Shown here one piece after another: positions 52,930 to 64,000 of a stretch of 64,000 bases of DNA (position 1 is the stretch's first letter; each line of letters opens with the position of its first letter). The stretch covers positions 74,086,397 to 74,150,396 of the forward strand of contig NC_068991.1 of the NCBI RefSeq assembly GCF_001194135.2. Reading direction: 5' to 3'. The stretch is from Octopus bimaculoides (Eukaryota). The position numbers were made by a program, and so were the translations under genes. Under the pieces are notes generated by a model, which saw nothing but the letters and a program-made list of their open reading frames with translations, ran no database searches and was not told where the DNA came from.

Positions 52930-53017
52930 GTCCGAGACAGTGATCAGAATGATAGCAATAGAGAGAAAGCTGTGCAATTATTAGATGATTTTAAAATAAC
53001 TGGTGTGAATGGAGTAC
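52930..53017 (+). CDS. SRPK: SRPK exon, subdomain IV: VRDSDQNDSNREKAVQLLDDFKITGVNGV(H)
   Basis: ttcttctctttcag| ... C|gtatcctttt; 88 nt; VQLLDDFK motif. Confidence 0.96.
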
Positions 53018-54485
<1,468 letters not shown>

Positions 54486-55088
54486 TAATATAGATCCTGC
54501 TGAAGAGCTTGAGTCACTTAAAAGGGGTTCTTTTTCTTTTTTTTTCCTTTCAATTTCCTAATCTTAGCCCGCGTCGCGTCCTGTCTAAACCTGCCTTCTA
54601 ATAGTGTCGTGTTAGTTTCATTTCCAGCAGCCAGAGCCGACCAGCTGTTTGGTGGTACAAGCCTTCGAACCAGGAGGTGGGAGCGCCATGAACGAGACCG
54701 CTACCTGTCAATCAGCGATGTTGCTTAAGTGTCAGCCAGTCTCACCTAGTGATGCTATTTCCCAGTCGGCATGTTATGGCTTTCAAGCCATTTTTGGTCT
54801 TCTCGGTTTCAGCCATTTATAGAAGCTAGCTTTTTCGACTGCCCCCTGTATCTTCCTTATTACTTTTCTCAGCGCTGAGCTCAAAAATGCTTTTTATGTG
54901 TCATTGGCACGGGAGCCAGTCGGGTGGCACCGGCATCAGTCATGCTCGAATGGTGCTTTTTATGTGCCACCAGCACGGGTACCAGTCAAGGGCACTAGCA
55001 TCATTTCTTCCTTGAAATCACCTTTTCATTATCACCTTTGGCTTGCATCAGTTAGCTTATGTTTGCACAAAAACATTTTTCAAGTTGT

Positions 55089-55375
55089 AGTAAAGATTAT
55101 TTGCCAACATAACATGGCAGTCCTGGTTTAGGACTATTGTTGCTGTAATTTAGCCCTAGGAGACATCGTCTCCAGCTGGCTATATGACATGATCTGTGCC
55201 CTTATATTTTCGAATAAGGGTGTCTAGCACCCTCACTCAGCTCAAAACAATATTTATGTTGTATAACCAGTTTGTGTTGTATAACCAGCCGGAGACGATG
55301 TCTCCTGGGGCTAAATTACAGCAACATTCATCCTAAACCAGGACTGCCATGTTATGTTGGCAAATAATCTTTACT
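55089..55375. repeat. Fold-back element: ~101 bp inverted arms, 85 bp spacer
   Basis: 55089-55189 versus the reverse complement of 55275-55375; only a handful of mismatches by eye. Confidence 0.9.
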
Positions 55376-56119
55376 CCAAAGTACTGTTGCTGAATATCTC
55401 GTTGTGAGATTAAAAAAATAGTAATTTTCTAATTTCTCAAGTTACTTTTCAATTCATGCTGTAGGATTTACATTGTCATCACCATCATCATCATGTACTC
55501 CAACCCATGCCAGCATGGAAAATGGGCGTTAAATGATGATATGTATATATAACAGTCAGTTGTAGCAAAGCCTTGTCTGGCATTTATTTCAAGGGGAGAT
55601 AAATCTGTCGAGACATTTTTATTTACATAAAACTGTTTTTATTCTTCTCATGGCTGATATAAGCATATACTTACTTCTTTTTCGGTTACTCTCTCTTTTT
55701 CTTAATTAGTGTTGGTGCTATGCTCTCCATGTAGTGAGAGAAGGCTTTGGATCTGGTCATTTGCAGTCATCTCCATCACTGTCAATCTATCTACCTTTGT
55801 CTTTTCAATGGAATTCCTTAGGGCTCAGTGTATCACCATCTGTGCTGACCCTTACTAACTTGATAATGAATTGCCTTAATATTATAGTAATTGTAAGGGT
55901 TTCAAATTTTGGCAGAAGGCCAGTAATTTTAAGGAGTTGAGGATAGTTGTGTGATTCTATAGTTTCCATGTTTTCAAAATAACTAAAGATTGAAGTTAAA
56001 CAAAGTTTCATGTTATATATTTGAGAGAATTAAATTAATCTGATTAGTTATCGTTAGTCATATTCAAGTAACCTCTTCTATAAATGTTTTCCCCCAACAC
56101 TGCATGGCAAGTGAGCTTG

Positions 56120-56334
56120 CTCTTTTACTCTTTTACTTGTTTCAGTCATTTGACTGTGACCATGCTGAAGCACTGCCCTTAGTCAAGTACATCGACCCCA
56201 GGACTTATTCTTTGTAAGCCCAGTACTTATTTTATCGGTCTCTTTTGCCGAACTGCTAAGTTACGGGGGACGTAAACACACCAGCATCAGTTGTCAAGCG
56301 ATGTTGGGGGACAAACACAGACACACAAACATAT

Positions 56335-56379
<45 letters not shown>

Positions 56380-56544
56380 TACGACAGGCTTCTTTCAGTT
56401 TCTGTTTACCAAATCTGCTCATAAGGCTTTGGTCAGCCCGAGGCTATAGTAGAAGACATTTGTTCAAAGTGCCACGCAATGGGACTGAACCCAGAACCAT
56501 GTTGTTGGTAAGCAAGCTACTTACCACACAGCCACTCTTCTGCC
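56120..56544 (-). mobile_element. SINE family A
   Basis: Near-consensus head and tail with an internal (TA)n tract. Confidence 0.88.
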
Positions 56545-56710
56545 TATTAATTTTCATAAAATAAATTTGCAGAACTATAATTTATTCAAAACTATTTATT
56601 TACCAAAAAAGACCATCTTTAATGCTTCTGGTTTACTTGTGTTTATATTCTGATTTCTTTCTTTTTTTGGTTAATAATGGCTCTTCTTTTTTTGTCTTTT
56701 ATTTTTGTAG

Positions 56711-56881
<171 letters not shown>

Positions 56882-57971
56882 TGAGCAGCTGTTTTGTGTT
56901 TGGTCGCAAGAGCATATGAAGTGGTGGTGGTGGTTGTGGTGAGGTGGGACTATGAAACTGATGTTTATAGAAATATAAATATATAAATGAAAAATATGGA
57001 CATCAAAGAACACACACAGACAAGGGATTAAAACTTCCTGTCTCTTGGATTATCTAGCAATGGGTGACTTCATTTGTTTCAGAAAATGAGGTCTTAGACA
57101 AGTAGAAATGCTGTTGACAGTTAATATAGGGCGATGCCTGTAGCTATGGAGAATAATCTGTATTGGGGCTGTACAGAAATTGGTAAGACCTGTTAACATA
57201 GCAAAACAGATGGAAGGAATGGTAAATGCTTCTTCTAGACCATTGTTTATAACCATTCCAAACATACTGGGTGAATATGGAATGTATTTGTTTGGGGCCT
57301 CCTTCAGATGTTATGTAATGTGTTTTAATGCTTATTTGGTCTCTGCTGACAAGAGAAGACAGCAGTGTGTGTTTGTCTGTTTGGATTATATAAACGAAGC
57401 AACACCATTGCGGAGCAGTGACAGACAAACTCTAAGGCACACACGTGCACACCTGAGTATGATGGACTTCTGTACAGTTTCTGTCTACCACAAAAGATTT
57501 CTGTCAGTCACAAAGAATTGGCTGACCTGGAGCAATAATAGCAGTCACTTACCCAAAGTTGTACGTGAACTCCAAACCATCTGGTTGTGAAACGAATTTC
57601 ACACAGCTATGCCTGCTTTCTCTCTCTCTCTCTCTCTCTCACCAAAACACACACACACCCCAACACTCACATCTGAACTACACTTCTTGCATCTTCCACA
57701 TTATCTCACTGTTCCTCTCCTGTCTGGGTTTGAATCCAAGCTATTAAGAATTCTAACATTGGACATTTCAATAATGGAACCATTCTGCTTTCCAGAAGGA
57801 AACACCTCCTGGAAGCCATTTACCACTGTCAACAATTAGGAAATCTCATTTAGGATATGACTGCTGTCTGCTTAAAAGTTCATTCTATTATTTTGGATAA
57901 CTTCCATAAAGCTGCTTATTGCATTTGCAGGATATTTGATGTAATGCATATTCACACATTCTTAAATAACG

Positions 57972-58028
<57 letters not shown>

Positions 58029-58745
58029 CCCAAACTAATCTGTTAATATTGATTTTATTGGCATTTGAGTTGCTCGTTTATATATTTATTTATGATTGCT
58101 GTTATTAATTCATTCGAGTCATTTTTTTTAACGAAGGCTGTATTTTTTGCCTGGTACCAATATTTCTTTCCTTGTTTTAGATTTTAAGAATTAAGGAAAT
58201 CAATATTGATCTGAATAGTAATTTGATATAAAATTTATTCCTTGCACATGCCTGGTGTCTCTTGTTAGATTTTGCTTACACTAAGTGACAACAGTTCTCC
58301 ATTATTCGTAAGCAACTGGATTGAGGATCTTGATATTAACGAACAAAATTAAGCAACAGAAATCATTTGCAATTAGTATTGATCTCTGTTTGAGCCAAGG
58401 GTTAGGTTTGAGAGAAATTCTAACATTATGCAATCTTATTGATGATAGGTGATGGCATCAGATGCAAATTATTTAAAATTATTGATTATTGATTACATTA
58501 ATAAATATTCATTGCTTTTTAATTTTCTCTCTCTAGAAAAAAAAAAGAGGAGTTGTTTTTGTGTATTCCACCATTGATTTGTGAAGTCTTTTAGATGAAT
58601 TAACTCTTTAGCATTTAAACTGGTTGTATCTGGATCAAAATATTCTACCTGTTTTATGTTCAAGCCAGCCAGATCTGGCTTCTCACACCCATCCTACAAT
58701 GGGGTTCTAAAAACAAACAATCACATTGTTGAAATGTTGAAGATT

Positions 58746-59396
58746 CAGGAGTGGGTGTGTGGTAAGTAGCTTGCTTACCAACCACATGGTTCCAGGTTCA
58801 GTCCTATTGCATGGCACCTTGGGCAATTGTCTTTTACTATAACCTTGGGCTGACCAAAGCCTTGAGAGTGAATTTGGTAGGCAGAAACTGAAAGAAGCCC
58901 GTCGTGTATATATATATATATATAATCAAATGAAAATTGTAGTTGTGACCCTTGTACCTGTAGCACGTAAAAAGCACCATCCAAACATGGCCAATGCTAG
59001 CTTCCTCTGGCCCCTGCGCTGGTGGCATGTAAAAAGCACCCACTACACTCTCAAGGTGGTTGGCATTAGGAAGGGCATCCAGCTGTAGAAACACTGCCAG
59101 ATCAAATTGGGGCCTGGTGCAGCCTCCTGACTTCCCAGACCCCAGTTGAACCATCAAACCCATGCCAGCATGGAAAACAGACGTTAAACGATGATGATGT
59201 GTCTGTGTTTGTCTCCCCACCATCACTTGACAATCAATGTTGGTGTGTTCACATCCCTGTAACTTAGCAGTTTGGCAAAAGAGACCGATAGAATACATAC
59301 TAGGCTTACAAAGAATAAGTCCTGGGGTGGATTTGTTCGACTAAAGGCGGTGCTCCAGCATGGCCACAGTCAAATGACTGAAACAAATAAAAGAAT
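58746..59396 (+). mobile_element. SINE family A interrupted by an RTE-tailed SINE (~58945-59198)
   Basis: Head 58746-58912, then ...aggaagggcatccagctgtag...gttaaacgatgatgat, then the family A tail resumes at gtgtctgtgtttgtc. Confidence 0.8.
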
Positions 59397-59734
59397 AGGA
59401 GACAATGCATAATCAGTTCATAACATTCTGACAGGTCAGTGGTTCAAACCTGGGTCCCAGCTCAAAACCTGGACTCTGGTTGTTGCATTACCATTGTCAT
59501 CCCATATAAACATAGACAGACATCATCTTTGGTCTTCTGTTGAACAACTTGTGTGTATGATGTACAGAGCTTGTAACTCGGATACATCATACTTGCTTCA
59601 TGTCGAGGGCCCACACTGCTCACAGATATAGGAGTATGTCTGGCTGTGTTGTATTTTCTCCAGTCTCCGATTCCTCTCGAACCAAAGAAACTTAGGCTTC
59701 TATTGGTAATTTTCTGAGTTTGATTTCAAGCAGT

Positions 59735-59900
59735 GACCCGAATAATAATAATATTGAAAAATACCTTAGGAACGGGAACCCAGCTTCGAAATTTCCCCCA
59801 GACCCCTGATGAAGGCTGGAGGGTATATCAGCCGAAACGATGTGTTAACAACAAACAAGATGAGGACAAATATCCGTCAAATGTAAATGATGTAAATAAT
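59735..59900 (+). mobile_element. Penelope-like element terminal repeat with degenerate hammerhead motif
   Basis: GACCC-CTGATGA-A-GGCTG gagggtatat CAGCC-GAAAC-GAT-GTGTT at 59801-59846. This CTGATGAAG..CCGAAAC layout is typical of PLE terminal repeats. Confidence 0.65.
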
Positions 59901-60160
59901 ATTCTTTTGGGGTTATGTTTGATAAAAGCTGAATCTATATTATTAAGGCATCGTTTGACTCCCAGATGCACATTTTGTCACTCACCTTTTCCTTTGTTTG
60001 AATTTATGGGATTCTTCTTTTCCTTCCTGAAATCTTTGGAAGTGCTGAGCTGACAGCTGGTTGGTTTGCTGAGAAGTGAATGAGAACAGACTTTGCTGTT
60101 TGAAGCTCACTGCTTATTCGTGTGAAGAACAGAATGTAAACATTGTGTCCATGAGTCTGC

Positions 60161-60203
<43 letters not shown>

Positions 60204-60599
60204 GTGTGCTGTCCAGTTTCTGTCGGCCAGATTCACTTAAAAGGCATTGGTTAGGCTAAGACTCATGAAGAAGATACATTCCCAGGAGGCTGTGGGAATG
60301 AACCAGAAACCATTTGGTTGTGAAGGAAGCTTCTTAACCATCCATCCACAAATTAAATCAGTTAACGTAAAAAAGACCATGCCTGGTGGGGCTGGAGTTG
60401 AAGACACTTTCCCAAGATGCCATGCTGTAGAACTGAACCAGAACCCATGTGGTTGGGATTCAAACTTGTTAACTACACAGCCATGCCTACACCTTAGTTC
60501 CAATCATGTATTTTCAACTCTTACCAAGAATTGTATTTCCAATACACTTCATTTCTTTAAAAATTTCCCCCCTTTTTTTTTTCTTTTTCATAATTTCAG

Positions 60600-60760
60600 T
60601 AAGTACTGCTCCCAAGGAGAGGATTGATGCTGTAAAAATGACCAAAAATAAGAAGAAAAAATTAAAAAAGAAACTGAAACGCCAACAGGAACTGATGAAC
60701 CTCCAACTGCAACAAATGGAAGAGACCTGTGCAGAATCAGAAATCGGTGCTACCAATGAA
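60600..60760 (+). CDS. SRPK: SRPK spacer exon: STAPKERIDAVKMTKNKKKKLKKKLKRQQELMNLQLQQMEETCAESEIGATNE
   Basis: Long pyrimidine tract then ttcag| ... GAA|gtgagt; 161 nt; conserved SAVSTAP and basic KNKKKKLKKK spacer motif. Confidence 0.95.
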
Positions 60761-60822
60761 GTGAGTTTGGCATCTCTCGTTAAATTCTCAAATGTGTGAC
60801 ATTCTTTGTTGTTGGTGTTCAT

Positions 60823-60855
<33 letters not shown>

Positions 60856-61484
60856 AATATTTTTACATTTTTATCTTGATATAAAACATCATCTCTGACT
60901 GCCATAACTGTCCATAATGTTGCATCCTCTGAACACAAATTAGAGATCAGTTAAATAATTAAAATAATGAGAATAATGAAATTATTGTGTTTTGTGCTCT
61001 CAGGTGCCCTACAACTCATCATCAAAGGTGCACATACAGTAGATAGAATTATGTACAAAAGTCAGGAAAGGGAACAGTGCAGGAGTCCTGATGTGCATGC
61101 GAATGGAGGGTGGATATCTGGTGTTGTATTGACGAATTTCAGGAAGTGTTAGCTCACATGTGCACACTGTTTCTCACTCGAGTCCTCCACTGATTTTACG
61201 ATGTCCTAAATTCCAGACACATGCTGGTTTAATCTGCATTACTGTAGGTTTTACAGGAGTTTGTGGGGTTGAAATGGTGCAGGGAGTGTGTCTGTAAAAA
61301 GCCGTTTGATGAAAGGGGGCACTGAGTACTAAAAGATGTGGACCTTTTATTAATTGTTACTTAAAATCTTGTTTGAGATATTATGAAGCTTGGTTAATTT
61401 TGTAGCCAGTAATTCAATTCTACATGCTGTGTATCGGATTTCCTGGGACAGGAAATGAGTTTTTACTCGCTGGTAAGTCCAAAT

Positions 61485-61646
61485 CATCATCATCATCATC
61501 ATCGGTTAACGTCCGCTTTCCATGCTAGCATGGGTTGGACGATTTGACTGAGGACTGGTGAAACCGGATGGCAACACCAGGCTCCAATCTAAATTTGGCA
61601 GAGTTTCTACAGCTGGATGCCCTTCCTAACGCCAACCACTCAGAGA
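61485..61646 (-). mobile_element. Young RTE-tailed SINE, short 5'-truncated copy
   Basis: Nearly identical to the (ATC)n-side half of the 37720 copy (about 3 substitutions). Confidence 0.85.
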
Positions 61647-62151
61647 TAACCCCTTTAACATTCGGATTACTCTGTCAAATGTTACATTTATTATTAATGT
61701 GGTGCTGGTGCCACATGAAAAGCACTCGGTCTACTCTATAAGGTGGTTGGTGTTCGTAGGAAGAGCATCCAGCTGTAAAAACCATGCCAGGACAGACATT
61801 GAAGCATGGTGCTGTCTTCTGCCAAGCCAGCCCCTGTCAAACTCTCCAACCCATGCCAGCATGGAAGGCAGATGTTAAATAATAATGATGATGATAAGGA
61901 TGATGATATGCATTGTTTTGAATTAATCATGCATCATCTCATAGCTTCAAGATTTCTATGATGTGATTTGTTTTTAGAATGGCATTGTTAGGTAGGTGAG
62001 AGGCCAGATATGGCCAGTTTGAATATAAAGCAGAATATGGCTGGTTTAAATGCTGAAGGCGTAGATTAGACTCTGTATTAGGAATGATGTTGCTGAATTA
62101 TTAAGTTGTGGTTGTGTTTGAATTTATAGAAACTGTTTGTTTTATTTTTAG

Positions 62152-62383
62152 CCAAGAGAAACGAGCAACTCCTTAGACAAGAGACCAAACATGGTTCCTT
62201 TGTCCCAGAATAGCATTGATGCCGGAGATGATGATGATGATGAAGATGATGACGATATATCATCTGCTACCGTGACATCACCAGAAGAACAGCAGAAGTC
62301 TTTGCCGTCTCCACAGCCCAATTCACAAGACAATATTAATTCACCAACATCTCCAACAACTTCGAAAACATCTGACAAAACAA
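62152..62383 (+). CDS. SRPK: SRPK spacer exon (acidic, Ser/Thr-Pro rich): PRETSNSLDKRPNMVPLSQNSIDAGDDDDDEDDDDISS...SPTSPTTSKTSDKT
   Basis: ttttatttttag|CCA is in phase 0 with the previous exon and in frame with the supplied ORF 62191-62505. The donor ACAA|gtaatc at 62384 is the best candidate, but the 3' end is less certain. Confidence 0.8.
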
Positions 62384-64000
62384 GTAATCTTCGTCTGCTT
62401 TGTTTTCATCCCTTCGTTTGTGGACCTGGATCCCTTACCCCTCTTCTTTTCTTTATCATAATATTACTCTTACAATACATTACTTTTATTTCAATTAAAT
62501 TTTGAAAATAATGAAGCATTTGGTAAAATAACTGTCAATTACCTAAGCCTAATTAACTTGAAATTTTGATGGAAGGTTTTTTACTTTAGATTGTTTTAAA
62601 GCAGAAAGTTTGTGTCACAGAATTGGGTCAGTCTCAGGTGGGTTGGCACCAAAACAATTGATGACAAGGACAGTTTAGTCTTGGCAGAATTCAATTGCCT
62701 CTCTAGTGAAATGTATGGCACATACTAACATCTTATTCCATTTGTGGTTGCTTCATTCTTCATCTTGTCAGGAATACTTCAAGTTTAATCTGTATCTTCA
62801 TTTTCTCCAATCAATAGAATTTAAAACAAATTCTCTTCTTCCCTTCACCTTATCTTTCTTTCAAATTTTTTTATTTCCAAATTTTACTGTCCTTCAATTT
62901 TTTATTCATTTTTGTTTTGTTGCTGTCGATGTTGTTATTTGAACGATCTTTTAGTCTTTGAAGTTCATTTTTAATTTATGAAATTTATTTTTGTTATTTT
63001 AACATAACTATTTGTTGTTAGAGGTCCAGGATTATATAATCTTTGTTCCGTCAGCTTCTGCTGCTGCTGTTGGTGGTGGTCGTGGTGGTAATTGTGATAA
63101 ACTAGTCTTTTTCAGTTCCTTTTATCGTACTGCCACAAAACACTATCTTTACTTCTTGTCACCCACATTCCAAAAACAAAGCCATTTTGTGTGTGTTTCC
63201 CAAATTTTAATGTTTAATCTTCTTCCTTGGTCTGTTCTCTGTTGGCACAAGTTGGACATATGCACACATCTCAATACGTAGACACACAAACATGTACACA
63301 TCTGGGAAGTGTTTCTTTATTTACCCTGTATATTGATTGTTAACAGCTGTTTTAAATTAAACAAAGAAATTTCTTGCTTATCTTTATGACAAAAGTTTTG
63401 AGTTTAGCTTGGTTTTATTTTAAAAATTAAGGTGTTAGAGAGTTTCTTTCTCCTTGAAATTGTTTAATGGTTAATTATAATTTCTCTCGGTGAGGTCTCG
63501 TATCAGCATTATTCTACAATATTTGATTCTTTTTGAAAACCGTATCTTAGCTATTTCCTATTTTTTATATGCATTTTTATTTCAATTTTATTGATACTGT
63601 TTTTTTTTAATTTGATACTAAATTGTTTTTTTTTCTTTTACGTATTTATTTTACCCCGGCGTTTCTAGTTTCTGTTCATTGTCACTTCTCTCTCTCCTCC
63701 TCCCCCAATTTTAACACTTACTGATTTCTTTTGTTTTGTTTATTTTCTGTCTGTTACCAAACATTTTCATGTTGTGAAGTTATTTTACTGCATTACTAAA
63801 AAAAGAAAAAAAGAATGGCCCCTCTCAAGAAAGAAAGAAAAATAATAAAAATGACAGACAAAATGATTTCTCTTAGATGGCAGTGGTAGTGGTGGTGAAG
63901 TCTGTAATTTCTCAAGAACTCATCAAAAATGTTCCAAATATTTTCCCATAAATTCAATCAGTCTTTCATTCTATTCTTTTGTTTCATTTTTTTTTTTTTT

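Noticed and set aside
61004-61027. Possible 24 nt in-frame micro-exon (VPYNSSSK) in the spacer
   Set aside because: The acceptor is plausible but the donor AAG|gtgcac is weak; unsupported without RNA data.

Overview
AT-rich eukaryotic genomic DNA, most likely an Octopus or other coleoid cephalopod (inferred from the SINE/MITE repertoire and microsatellite load), with four assembly gaps. The whole window appears to lie inside one + strand gene, an SR-protein kinase (SRPK1/2/3-like). I resolve nine coding exons between 7588 and 62383. They splice in frame and run from the N-terminal region, through kinase subdomains I-VIb, into the spacer insert. The start codon and the C-terminal kinase lobe are not identified in the window. 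Introns are filled with tRNA-derived SINEs, RTE-tailed SINEs, hAT and TTAA-type MITEs, a Helentron-like element, Penelope-type terminal repeats and fold-back elements. Most notable: (1) a U12-type (minor spliceosome) GT-AG intron at 53018-54336; (2) a sense-strand minimal type I hammerhead ribozyme fold at 30755-30826 whose core has the compensatory U3:A8 change, inside a structured ~220 nt retrozyme-like island; (3) an apparently perfect 313 bp inverted repeat plus several 70-100 bp hairpins that would form long dsRNA in the pre-mRNA; (4) a candidate alternative first coding exon at 19578-19678. Almost all other ORFs in the supplied track are repeat or microsatellite artefacts. All coordinates were counted by hand; repeat boundaries are approximate.
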